This document shows positions 27,140-45,284 of a stretch of DNA of 64,000 nucleotides, one piece after another. Numbering within the stretch: position 1 is the first letter of the stretch; every line of letters begins with the position of its first letter. The position numbers and the translations under genes were made by a program. The stretch comes from the human T2T-CHM13v2.0 reference genome, Homo sapiens: the NCBI RefSeq assembly GCF_009914755.1, contig NC_060932.1. One strand, given 5' to 3'. The notes beneath the pieces were generated by a model. It did not search any database. It was not told the origin of the DNA and worked only from the letters and a program-made list of their open reading frames with translations.

Positions 27140-27385
27140 GAGAGCTCAGGATTAGACCTCTCGGTACTAAGTTTTAATCCTGATTCTACTCCTTACAGCT
27201 GTGTGACCTTAGGCAAGTTATTTAACCTGTTTATGCCTCAGTTTCCTTGTCTATGATATGAGAATAATACTGGTAGCAGCCTCCTAGTGTTGCTATTAGG
27301 ATTAAACAATGTATGCGAAGTTCTTAGCTAAGTGTATGGCACAAGGCTCAATGACTATTAATAAATATTGTTGCTTTTGTCATCA
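27140..27385 (+). mobile_element. MIR
   Basis: gctgtgtgaccttaggcaagttatttaacctg...gcctcagtttcc. Confidence 0.8.
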
Positions 27386-28872
27386 TTGTTAATATCTTTA
27401 AGTGTTTTTTTAAAGTAGTGGTTGTAAATGGTAAAATAATGCATATCATTTCAATGTAATTCTAGCTATTGTGGTTTGAAAATTTTCAGTTACAGTAATT
27501 GAGGGTTTTTTTTTTATCCTTTCATGAATAGGACTGTAGAAATGTGCCAAAGACATTTGAGTAAACGAACAGTTGAAAAATAATAAAATGGCTTCTTACA
27601 CCTCATAAATCATATCTTGATTTCATTTAGTTATTGTGACTTTAAGAAAAAGATTGAATTATATGCCTCTTTAGAATTAAGGTTTTTGTTAATATCCCTG
27701 GAAAGGCTTAGAATTAACCTGTGACTTTAATGTCATAATGATCACACTCTGAACATTTATCTGGAAATTTAGCTGCTGTGAACATTGCTTGCTGGCTAAT
27801 AATATGAAATAAAATTATTACTTTGACAGGAATTAGCAAGAAAGTAGATCTCTTAAATGAGAGGCATTCTAGTGTATCACTCAGAGAGAAAGGTGATGAG
27901 AAGGTTAAATAAGAAATGACCCAACCAGCTGAGGGAAATAATATTATATGAGGAAGGGTATTAGAACAGAAATCAGAAATCTTGACTTTTAGCCTTGGTT
28001 CTAATGCCAAAGCTCTTTCATGCAAACAGCTAAATTTCTTGGTGCTTTAGTTTTCTAATCTCTAAAATGGTTTGATAATATCTGCTGTTAGTCAATTAAT
28101 GGTTAAATCTGAGTTTCAAGTGAGGTGATATTTATGAAATTAAGTGGAAATATGAAACATTATTCAAACATAAGTTGGGACTTCAGTGATTATTAGTATT
28201 AAAAGGGAAACTTTCATTTTTAGACACGAGGAAAAGATTAGTGCCCTGGCCTTTGTGACTCCCATTGTAATCATCAACATTTACTTAAAACAAATGAAAA
28301 TGGGGGGAATCATTTAAAGGCAGTGATTAGCTTTAATGTTACAAAACCCAACTTTGCTTAGAGCAGAAAAGAGGTTTACAGTTGGGATTAAGTTGATCTT
28401 CCTTGGATATGTGACTTCATTTTTTTTTTTTTTTTCACTGAATAGCACCTTGTGCTTACTTGTGCTGAATTTTAATCAAATGTTGGCCACATTAGAATTT
28501 AATATGAAACAACCAAATTTTAATAAGAAAGAGATCAAAGACAACACAGAGCAGCACATAAAATGAATTAAAAGGAATTAATTGAATTGATATTTCACAT
28601 ATTATCTGCTGGTTATACTTAATATTCATTAAGTATAAAGAATACACTTCCTTCTAGCAAGATATGAAAGACTTGGTTCTAAAAGTAAGAGCAAGTGGAC
28701 ATTGATGGTCAAACATTCCAGCAGCCAATTTAATCCCTTCCTTTTCCTGTTACTATGGACTGCAGACCTGGGGTTTCAAACCAGGAAATCTCTTGCCCTT
28801 CCCATCACATCTTACGAGGTGCAGAGTAGGTACAGAATCGCAGAGCATGTGAAATACTGCTTATAGAGTTAG

Positions 28873-29300
<428 letters not shown>

Positions 29301-30723
29301 GACACTGAATTATTATGATGTTTAATGGATCTAGATTCCTTCACAATTTAACTTGCAGGCTTTATAGAGCCTTCATGGACTACTTTTGCTTTTGTGGCTA
29401 CATAAGAAAAAGAACAAATTAGCCATTTAAACTATAGATCAAAAAGTAAATATAGAAAATATATTTTCTCCAAGTAAGTATAGAAAAATGTATGAAACTC
29501 AGTAAGCTTGTAGCTTGCCTTTTACATGTCCAGTGGTCAAGAAGTGACTGTTCTGATAGTGACCTCTTATTGCAGAGGATTACACTTGAAGCCGTTGAGC
29601 ATAGCCAAAACCATTCACAACTTTGGCCTCTGGCAGAGGCTGCTTGGGAGCTTTAATAACATCAATTTCATAGATAGCCACAAATAAATGTATCATACTA
29701 CAAATAAATGTAGCATGATAGGAATTTCCAAAATGCTGTCCTTTAAATTCTCTGTAAGTTCTATTAAGAAACACCTTTATTTGTTCTTGGCTGGGGATAA
29801 AAGGATTAAGCCAAAAAAAAAAAAAACTGTCTAGGAACAACTTGTCTCAATGAATTGGGACACAGGAAGGGAGAGTAAGGAATCTCTAAGCACTCACCTG
29901 CTACCCTAACTCCTCTTTAGGTGTTTCCTCCTACCCTACTCTAGCTAGCTGCTTGATCATCCTTGAAACAGAAAACTCTTTGAAATAGAAGTTCTGATGT
30001 TCACTTGTAAATTATTTTGAAGTCTCATTTCAGTCCCTTCTTTGAATAAAAGTTGATACACCCAGACACCTTTGGAAAAGGAATCAGCACTCTAACTTCT
30101 AGTTTAGAAAATGGAAAGCAGTCTATTTTGGCTTGCAGATTATTTACTTCCTTGATACAACACTGAATACATAACGAAGTCCAATTACACTGGATACTTC
30201 TAAGTGCTATCTACCAGAGACAAAGAGTTTTGATACTTTTTACAATATGAATAAAGAGCACTGAATCTTAAAAAGCCAAGTGTCATAAAAATCTGTTTAT
30301 TTCAAAGTAAAATATCTATTATAAAAGGGACCAGAGTGAGACTTTTAGATCAACATCATTTTCCTCTTTATTCTCCCTTCTCTTCTTCGTGTCCATAAAC
30401 TGCTGTTGTGTTAAGTGCTCTCTTGGCTGTGGTAGGTGCTGCTATTTCGCATTTCACTGGTAGGAAGGCATAGGGAGTCCCGAGGAGGTGGGTTAGGATT
30501 GTAGATGGAATCAGTGGGCCCGGTTAGTGATTTGAAGTGACAGCCAGTCTTTGCCTGCTTCCTAGCCTTCCAAACCAAGGTGTCTCCATCCTTCCCATCC
30601 TCTGCCCCAGCTGGCCTTGTCAGATGCTTTTCCTCACTGTACTGTCTCCTCCCTGCTTTCAGGTGCTGTTAGGTTCCAAGCATAAAAGGTTAAAAAGAAG
30701 AAGAAGAAAAGAAGTGAATTCAA

Positions 30724-31780
30724 TTTCAGAGTTTCATTTTGAGTTGGCTGCACTGAATCATGTTGTATTTTACACAATTCAAGTAGTAACCAAAGACATA
30801 CTTAACTCTATGAATGTTTGCTAAGGGTTAAAAGAAATAGTGAGCAGCACTTCAAAAGACCACTTTTATCAGATTTACTGGAAGCCCTGCCAAACAATTA
30901 AGTGAAATGAAGGGTTTTTTCTGAAGAAGAGCAAATCTACAAACAAAACGAATGCAGTCTTAATCAAGTCTTCATGAAAGTCTTGATTCATCTGGGAACT
31001 GAGTTGGGGCTTTCTGAATCTTCTCTTTAGGTATTCCTTATGACATAATATGATGAAATTTGGAGCAGAGGATTGGGATTTTTTGGTTTTGTTTTTCTTT
31101 GAGACCTGGTCAACCCAGAAGAAAAACAATTATTACAGCTTTGTCAATACAAATGCCTTATGAAAGTGAAATCGAACTCACTCTGAACCAAATTTATGGC
31201 TGTGGGCAGTTTGTCATTTATTCTGACACATTTCCTACCTTCTGTTACTCCTCATAAGATAAGACTTTCTCCTGTTTCTTTGGCATAGGGACAGGAGCGT
31301 AAATGTGCTCATCAACATCAGCAGGAATTTATTATTTTTGAGAGATTCCTATGACTTGAATACATCCAGAAGAGGTCTGAAAGAGCTTCCAATATGAAAT
31401 AGTTATCTGTTTGTCACTCCATTTATATTACATTCATAGGCTCCTTTAATCTTAGTTTATCTGGTACATTCCCCAGTGTGTTGACCCTGAAGAATGTGTA
31501 ATATGAATCCTATATTGTAGACCTGATGATGGAATTAAGGAGAAGTTAAACTGAGGACAGGACAGGAAGACTAGGAGTCATGCCCCTCATTTTCTAGCCA
31601 TTAGAGCATAAGGGACTAAAGGGTGACTTTTGAACTTGAGCCGTTTCTCTGGGATTCTGACACACCTTTCTGCTACTACAGCTGCTTTCAGAGTTTCATT
31701 TTGAGCTGGCTGCACTGACTCATGTTATATTTTCTATGATTTAAATGATAAACAAAGGCATACTTACCTCTATCAATGTT
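30724..31780 (+). repeat. 95-bp diverged direct repeat, copies at 30724-30818 and 31686-31780
   Basis: Ungapped manual alignment, 80/95 identical. Confidence 0.9.
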
Positions 31781-32421
31781 AATGACTACAGGCATATGCG
31801 AAGTAGAGAGTTTAGCAAAAACTGGGAAAAGGGCCACCAGCCCTATCCTGCATTCAATTTTCATTAACCATGCAACCTGTATTTTTCTGGATGTTCCTAA
31901 TTTCAGTTATTCTGTTTTATCAACCCTGTAAATTCAGGCATACTTTAAAAACCCGTTATATTAATATTTTGTTGGGAAATAGTCATTTTGGATTCCTTGG
32001 ATGGATTTCCTAGACTTTTACAGTTGCTTTAATTTCTAACTTCTCCTGTGCTTTCTACTATGGCCAGTTGGTTTATTGTGTCTCCTATTAAGTCATCTCC
32101 CCCTGTAATTGCCCAGAGTAGACTCCTAAGCTTGGTGCCAGATGGTCAGGTCCTCTAACTTGTGCCAAAAGAGAGGCAACTGCACAAAACCCACTTCACT
32201 TACCTTGAAAACTCTTATCTACATTATCAGACTTTGCTATTCCCCCAGTTTATACCTTGAGAGGAGGGCATCAAATACCCACTAAGTGTTTTTTCTTTTT
32301 CCCTTTAATTTTTATAAATGCTTGGTAAATAGTGCTATTTTGTCTTTAAGTCCTGAATAACTTATAAGTCAGCATATGTTTAGGATCATCCTAGAGGTGA
32401 TCATTCAGCAGTACTTTAAAA

Positions 32422-32422
<1 letters not shown>

Positions 32423-32458
<36 letters not shown>
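32423..32458 (+). repeat. (TG)18 microsatellite
   Basis: Directly visible. Confidence 0.97.
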
Positions 32459-32462
<4 letters not shown>

Positions 32463-32489
32463 CAGATAGATTTTTTACATTTGAATTTA

Positions 32490-34460
<1,971 letters not shown>

Positions 34461-35693
34461 ATTGTTATTATTGTTGATATACAATAGGATAGTTAATGCA
34501 CGTTACCTCAGTATACATTATTTTGCTACTTGGAATCTATTTCTAGAAAAATGTAGAAAGTTGATTAAATATGCCACAAGGATAACAATTCTCAGCGCCA
34601 TGTAAGTTTGAATATGCAGTTACTCTAACTTGTTTTACTTATCCTAAGTCTTACTTGTCAGTTTTTTATACATCATATTAACATTTCTACATCAATTTAA
34701 TCATCTCTGTTCATTATTTTGTTATTTATATCACTTAAGATCTGTGTTTTCTCTATTAGATCACTGTTTTATCTCCACATTGTATTCTCTTCAAAATGAA
34801 GAGTTATGTCTCCTTGTTTAGATCTATCACGGTACCACTTACCTGATAATAACCACTTTTGATGATAGCTGTGGTGGTGGGACCCAAAATAGATGCCCAG
34901 GTCCTAGCAGGTTACATAGTTCCTACAAACTGGTTGTAGATCCTACCAGCAACAGACTTTTTAATCATCCTTTCACCAGACTTGACCATTATATTTAAAA
35001 GAGAGAATAGTACAGTGTTACTATGAAATGGATCTACTATGCATATTCTCACTGCTTTAAAAATCACTGATGATATAAAAAGAGAAGACTGCACTAGCTT
35101 AGTGTTTGATCTTGACCATATAGATCTAACGTCATGATCAATTGCTTTCAGCATTTTCTTTGAAATCACATAAGGTTCATATGTGCCAAATTTCATAAGG
35201 ATCACATGATAAGGTCAAGAAATACAAATTCCAAGGCAGAATTTATATGCCCACTTCACATATGACAGCAATACTAAATAACCATATGTTTAATATAATA
35301 CACTGTATGTAAATACTATTCTTGAAAGCAATCCAATCAATAAAACCTAAAATAAATAATACTTTAATAACACATTTCAAATAGACTGAAAATGGAATAG
35401 ATGGACTCTATGGCAAGAACATCCCTATAAAACTGACATTCAGAGGCCATTAAAACACAGAGAGTAAAACAATCATGAAACTAAAGAAAAACTGTGAATA
35501 TTTAGAAGTTTTTTAAAGCCTACTACACTGTATGCCAAGATACAGCAGTCGTTTTTATTTAAAGAGCTATTTCAATAAAAGCTGTGGATTCCTAAGTATT
35601 AAAAAGCAAATTAAGTTTACCACAACCAATAGCCAAAAATACTTTTTAAAAAATATACAATATTACCCAGAAAATTTTAAAAATACATAGTAT

Positions 35694-35743
35694 TAAACAG
35701 AAAAAAAGTCTAAACAGAAAAAAAGTCAAAACAGAAAAAGCTC
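35694..35743 (+). repeat. 17-bp tandem repeat taaacagaaaaaaagtc, about 3 copies
   Basis: Two exact copies and one degenerate copy. Confidence 0.85.
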
Positions 35744-36317
35744 ATTTTCATTATAATTAGGATTATTAAGAGACTGACCAATTTTATCAATTTAAAGAAG
35801 GTTGCAGGAAAGCTACTGAGGTTAACTTCGAAGATCTAGAAGTAAAAAGTGATTGTAATGTCAGTAAAACTCTTAAAACAGATCAAATAGCCCCTAAGTA
35901 GTACTAATCTACTGTATCTTTGAAAATGTATATGCTTTTTTTTAAAGCTGACAAGATTGTCCTTTTTTCTTTGTTTTTAATATCACATTTTAAAAAATAT
36001 CCAACCATTAAACTGTAAACAGCAGCTCAGAATACATAAACTTTACCTTCCCTCATTTGTGATATGAATTCAGATTTGAACATTTTTTTCCTCTTTGTTC
36101 TGGAAAACATGGTTTTGTCATCCCACATTGTACAGTGATAGTTTATCTTTTTCAGCACGAGTGCTTGTTTACTGTATGTGCACAAACAAATGAAACAATG
36201 AAGCTTGCAAACAGTTATTTAACCAGTTTTTCTCTCATTTATTAACTCAAACTCATATATCAAAATGAGATATTTGTGATGTAACTGATGTTTTTAATTT
36301 CAATTTTGTCACTTTAG

Positions 36318-36455
36318 ATCCTGGGAAGACTCTGCCTGAAGCCCTTGATTATTGCACTGTTTGGCTACAGACAGTGCCTGGAGAAATAGACAGCAAAAGT
36401 GGTATTCCACCTTCCTTTATAACACTACAGATTAAAGACTTTCTGAATGGACCAG
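36318..36455 (+). CDS. VPS13B: VPS13B next coding exon, 138 nt ((D)PGKTLPEALDYCTVWLQTVPGEIDSKSGIPPSFITLQIKDFLNGP)
   Basis: Acceptor ttttgtcactttag|AT and donor CCAG|gtaaga; phase 1 matches the previous exon (G+AT = Asp); 46 codons with no stop. Not in the ORF track. Confidence 0.93.
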
Positions 36456-36689
36456 GTAAGAAAGTCATAAAATTTACATGTGTGTACATTTTTTATGTGA
36501 ATATATTAGCATGTATATAGGATCTGTTAGTAATCTTGACATTCCGTGCAAAAAATGAATAGTTCATTTTTTCCCAGAGGTGTATGCTTTTCAGGCTGCC
36601 CATTTTAGAGATCAAAAGGCAAATATAAATATGCATTAAGAATTACCTTCAGTCTGACAAAAAGGTAGTTATCAATTAAAGAATAGTTG

Positions 36690-37160
36690 ACTGGAAGCCA
36701 AAGCCCCAATATTTTATTTCTACCTTTCCTATTAATTAACTGTATGATCTTAGGTGATTGATCTAATCTTCTATACTTCAGTTTTCTTACCTGTATATGA
36801 AGAGGATAGACTAGATGGATGAATGGATAGGAAACATGATATATATATACATAAGATAGTATACATAGATAGATTAGATTTGATAGTTAAATGTACCTGT
36901 TTCACATGCTTAGCAAAGTGCTTGAAACATAGTAATTACTCAGTTTTAGATAGATACAGATATCAAAAATTTTTGAGAGCTAATTATGTCCCAGGCACTA
37001 TGCATTTTAGGAGTATGTACTATAGTTATTCTTATTTTATGAATAAGGAAGCTAAGACTTAGAAAAGTGAAGTAAATTGCCTAAGGTCATAGTGACAGAG
37101 GAGCCATTCAAACCTAAGTCTTTATGACTCCAAAGACCAGAGCTTAACTTCTGTACTACA
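36690..37160. mobile_element. Two MIR fragments in opposite orientation flanking an ATAG-rich tract
   Basis: cttcagttttcttacctgta and taaggaagctaagacttagaaaagtgaagtaaattgcctaaggtca. Confidence 0.65.
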
Positions 37161-37396
37161 CTAATTTGGGCATAACTAAAGTTTTTTTCTTTATTCCTCG
37201 ATCTTCCTCCTCTGTCTTTTCTTCCTTCATCTCATGTTCTTCCCCCTCTTCTGTTATTTCTCCCTCACTTCCGTATAGTCTTAGCTATTTATTTAACAAA
37301 AATTATTACATTTCACTTTTTGTTTTGTTATTTTGTAGTTACAGTGCTTCAGAGTGTTACCCATGGAATGAGTATTAGTTTCTTCCTTAAGAATTT

Positions 37397-37707
37397 TATT
37401 TAATTTTATTTATTTATTTATTTTTTGAGACCATCTTGCTCTGTTACCCAAGCCAAAGTACAGTCGTGCAATCATAGCTCCCTGTAGCCTCAGTCTCCTG
37501 GGCTCCAGCAATTCTCCTGCTTCAGCCTCCCAAGTAGCTGGGACTACAGGTGTGTGCCACCACGCCCAACTAGTTTTTTTTATTTTTAGTAGAGATGAGG
37601 TCTCGCTATGTTGCCCAGGCTGGTCCTGAACTCCTAAACTCAAGCAATCCCCCTGCCTCAGCTTCCTAACGTGCTGGGATTACAGGTGTGAACCACTGCT
37701 CCTGGCC
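37397..37707 (-). mobile_element. AluJ (antisense)
   Basis: Full dimer; TSD ttaagaattt at 37387 and 37709. Confidence 0.9.
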
Positions 37708-37724
37708 ATTAAGAATTTAAAATA

Positions 37725-38028
37725 GGCTGGGCATGGTGGCTCACACCTGTAATCCCAGCATTTTGGGAGGCTAAGATAGGCAGATCACTTGAGACCAAGA
37801 ATTCCACACCAGCCTAGCCAACATGGTGAAACCCTGTCTCTACTAAAAATAACAATAAAAATAAAAAATTAGCTGGCCATGGTGGCACGTACCTGTAGTT
37901 CCAGCTACTCTGGAGGCTGAGGCACAAGAATTGCTTGAACTGGGAGGCAAAGGTTGCAGTGAGATGAGATCACGCCACTGCGCTCCAGCTTGGGCAACAG
38001 AGCAAGACTCTGTCTCAAAAAAAAAGAA
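37725..38028 (+). mobile_element. AluS (sense), head-to-head with the preceding Alu
   Basis: Full dimer; TSD aagaatttaaa at 37711 and 38029. Confidence 0.9.
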
Positions 38029-38469
38029 AAGAATTTAAAGCAATGATTTTACAACTGTCTTAAGATCTCTAGCAATACCCCGCAAGGCATGAATTTTAAG
38101 GAAGGAAAAATATTTATATATAGACTTTGTTGAGTACATGTGTTGTGGCGTGCTAGTGTACTTATGATCCATACTACAGATGGAGAAAGCCAGTCATGGA
38201 TTAAACAGAGACTGAAACCATCTCCACTGACTTTGTCACTGGGGACGAATTCTTCTTCAGCATGTTTTTCTAGTGCTGGGATTGTAAAGGTGTAGAAGTA
38301 TGAAGAACTATTTCTAATCTTGATAAACTCTAGATATGGTTTTAAATATATGAAGGAAAGCAAGAAACTGAAGGATAAGCAAGTCATTAAAGTGTAGGAA
38401 GAAGCCTTTGGAGTGAGGTAATAGACTGAAGAAGGTGAGTGCTAGTATTTGGTTAGTAAGCATGAAGTA

Positions 38470-38660
38470 CCATATTTCATTCCATCTAAGCCACTAGCAA
38501 TTGTAAAAAAACATTCTATATGCCACTAAAAATGAAAAAAACATATGCTCTTTACACTGTGATACAGGGCCTTTTTATTACATCAGTTTGAAGACACTTC
38601 CTGATTTCAGAGTTGTTCACACATGAAAGACTGAACACAATAGAATAGATGCAATAGGGT
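38470..38660. mobile_element. MER104-like TcMar-Tc2 MITE
   Basis: Degenerate TIRs ccatatttcattccatctaag ... tagaatagatgcaataggg flanked by TA. Confidence 0.55.
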
Positions 38661-38967
38661 AAGAACACGTAATTAGTTCATGGAAGAGTGACAGGGGAAA
38701 CTTGGATTTACTTATTTCTCAGTTTTAGTTTCACATTCGTTTTGTTTTTAGGCACACTTTGCTCATTTTGGCTAGAAAATTATCTTGTAGTTTACATTTG
38801 ATTGATTTGTTTGTAAAACAATGGAATTTGAAAGTTGATGGTAAATTAGATACAATATTTTCAAGGCAACCAAATCAATTGAATTTTAAGAGAAATGCCA
38901 ATGAATAAATGAAAAATTATGTATTTACAATTCTGGCATTTAACATGACTCAGTATTAGAAATGTGA

Positions 38968-39264
<297 letters not shown>

Positions 39265-39274
39265 AGAAATGTAC

Positions 39275-41948
<2,674 letters not shown>

Positions 41949-42049
41949 TAAATATATATAATTTCTGATTTTATGTCCATGCTGTAATAGTGATAATATA
42001 TTTAGAGATTTAAACTTTTAAGTAAATGAATTGAAATAGTTATTTTACA

Positions 42050-42214
42050 GCAGCACTTCTCAAACTTGATTCTGCATTTGAAGCTTCCCTGGGGAGTTTG
42101 TTAAAATGCAAATGGTGATTTAATAGTTCTAGAAGGTAGGGCTTGAAAGTCATGTCTAAAAAGCTCCCAGATGAAGTAGATGCTGTTGGTCTGGGACTGT
42201 ACTTTTTGTAGCAA
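42050..42214. mobile_element. MER5A MITE
   Basis: cagcacttctcaaactt...ctggggagtttgttaaaatgca...aagctcccagatga...gatgctgttggtctgggac. Confidence 0.75.
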
Positions 42215-43166
42215 GTTTTATATGGCTCTTATCAAACTTCTTTTTAAAAAATTATACATATGACTTATCATATATGATTTTTGTTTTTAGTATCAGTCAC
42301 AGTCTTTGAGAGCCAAACCACAGATATTTTGGGGAACAGGACAGGGTAATGATAAAGAAAGATGAATGGTTTTTAGAATGGTGCTTTGATTATGGAAAAT
42401 CAAATATAATATCCAATGAATGATTTAAGTTCTTCAAAGTCTAAAACATTTTAAACAAAAGTACTTTTTTTATTTGAGAGAAGATTAGTTTAAATGATAT
42501 ATCAGCTGTGTGTGACTTCTTCTAAAACACTAACCTAACAGCCTGTAACTGTTCCAGAATTTACTAGCTTAGACAAAAATTTTCCTACTGTAAGCAATTT
42601 GTGATTTAGAGTAGATAAGTAGATGTTATTTCGTAGAGTAATTATATTGTCTCACTACACAGCCAGATTGGCATGCTACTACATTAATTTAGGAATCAAA
42701 TGGCTATAGAAGATAGTGAGACTTGCATACCACTAATTAAATGGGAATAACAGGACACATTAAAACAGCTTTTACCATATGAATGTATTATTTTATAGAT
42801 TTTGGCAACTCAAGGAAATTTTATTTTTTCCAGCTCTTAGGGAATAGGATACTAAGAGGAATGTCATTTATGTTGAGATTGGGCAAACAAATTTCAGCTT
42901 TATAATGTTCCCAATAACATTCCCTTTCCTTGAAGAAAAAGCATTACAAAAAAATAATAAAAGCACTACAAGTAATACTTTTTGTTTTTAGGTAATGACA
43001 TTGTGTTATCATTAGAAATCTTTAGCTATTATTATGTTTTAATCTGTATGCATACCTATTTAAGTATCATTCCAGAGAATGTCTTGAACTATATTAGTAA
43101 TTTCCACCTATTTTTTTTCTTGTTCTTTAATGAAGGGTATAGTAACAATGAAAGTTATGATCCTGA

Positions 43167-43332
43167 ATTAACCAGGCATGGTGATATGTGCCTGTAGTCC
43201 TTGCTACTCAGAGAGCCGAGGTGGGAGGATTGCTTGAGCCCAGGAGGTCAAGGCTGAAGTGAGCTATGATCATGCTACTGCACTCCAGTTTGGGCAACAG
43301 AGTAAGACCCTGTCTCAAAAAAAAAAAAAAAA
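43167..43332 (+). mobile_element. FRAM / AluJ right monomer
   Basis: Single right arm with poly(A). Confidence 0.85.
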
Positions 43333-45284
43333 GTTGCAACCCTTAAAGGTAGAGGGAATACTGATTATAACTGCCTAACCTTAAGCTTTCTTCAAAAAGA
43401 TGTAAACTTCACAGCTTTTGAAATTTAGCCTTTTAGATGTATTTTGCAGGGATTATTTTCTCTAAACAAGGTGATACAAATGCTGCTCTTTAGCATTTGT
43501 TTTTAGAAAAATAATGTAGAGTTCTTGAGTATTCCCCTATTTCTTCTGTTCACCTAATGGTACCTTAATAGAGCAAATGGTAGGTCCCAACTTCTACATC
43601 AAAAACTCTTTCAAAGCTCTCCCAACCCCCCACCTTTTCCCCTTGTACCCATTAGCAAGGTCAGTGGCTTGGAGAAACCTGGAAAACAGCAGCTACCAGA
43701 AACCCACTAGAATAATATCTCCAGCAGGTGATAGATTAGTTGGAACAAATTGGAACCATTGCAGTTCGGCAATCCTGGTTTCTTTCAAGCTGTTTTTAAA
43801 ATGTCGTCATTTTAATACACAATCTAAACCCTGCGGAACAGTCCACAGCAGGTTAATTTGAATCATATGATGTGTCACTGCCCTCAGCTGACATGAGCTC
43901 TATTCCATGTGTGAAGCCATAATAAATCCATTCCCAACCGAGGAAAATTCCCCGTGAGAAGGTGAACTAATCCAGGCCTCACACTGGCATGCTAGCCCTC
44001 CATAATTGAAAGCAGGGCCACCTGTTCCCAGCACAGTTAGCCTATAGAAAAAAATTAGCATTAGATCAGATACGTCTTATATTGAAAAATCAATCATACT
44101 TCTTGCAAATTCAAATTCATCTGTGAAGTGTTTGGTATGACATCATACAGAAATGTAGGAATGTGCCCACTTGATCCCATTTTAAAAGTTTTTTTAACCA
44201 TAGGATTCCTTAACTTTGAAATGCAATTTTTTTTTTAATTTAATGAGAGCTGACACATGAGAAGAAGAACTGGAAATGATGCAGATTTTTCTAATTAACT
44301 CAGGGTTATTTGCAAAAACATTTGAGCTCTCTGGTATTTTTTTCATTGTTCTTTCACGAATTTTTGAGCCACTGTCATTGTAGCCATGAAATGACATTTA
44401 AATGACAACAAAGAACAAAAATGCCACATTGGGAAAACATTCCCAAGTCATTTATGTTTTATTATAAATTAATGCTTAGCATGTCACATTCATCATATAA
44501 TTTAAATAACATGGTTATATCAAACACAAGACAATGAATGCAATTTCACATTTCTTTTAGTGTAGTATATATGGTGTCTATATTTGAAATGCATGGCCAC
44601 TGGTCTTTTTCTCCTAATAGAATCACTTCTTTAGTCTCACCCTGTTTAACTCATTCATTAATTTACCTGTCTAGATGTCAGTGTTTCTGATTTCATTCTG
44701 GCTTCTGATTGGTTTCATCTCTGGTTTTATTTGATTTTGATTTTAAGAATCTGTTGACTTGAACTGGTTATAATCCTGTTTTGAATACAGTTTTCTCCTT
44801 ATATTGTATGGATTAATGTAACTATTTTATAGGTTACAATGATTTTCATTTCTACTTTAAAATAATTCCTAAACATCCTTAAATGATTGCATTTCCACAA
44901 ACCTTTCTGATTTGAATGAATATTTGTACTTAAATGCTATAAAATAGTAAAAGAGTTCTTAGGTACAGTAACACAGCATTCAAATAGGTTTGTTTATATG
45001 AATATAAAGTAGAAATTTTAAGTTGTTTACCCCCAAATAGATGTATTTTTTGAGTGCTTTTGCCTTTCTTGGTTAACCCTGCTTTTATGTTATTACTGAA
45101 TTTATTACTCAGTGGGGATTAACTCAGACATATCTGAAGGTAACTGATTCAGGAGGATTGAGATACCTGGAAAAGATTAATCAAATAGTGTCTCGATTTT
45201 TCTGGAGTAAAAAATGTGATTTTTTAATCTTTAAAATTTTTTTCAATTGCAAATTTCAAATGGATTTTTGGTTACCTATTTCAA

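Noticed and set aside
31760-31769. ATACTTACCT matching the U1 snRNA 5' end
   Set aside because: The downstream sequence does not continue as U1; it is simply the complement of a 5' splice-site consensus.
34912-35205. 97-aa minus-strand ORF in unique sequence
   Set aside because: No recognisable homology or splice/promoter context; the length is compatible with chance.
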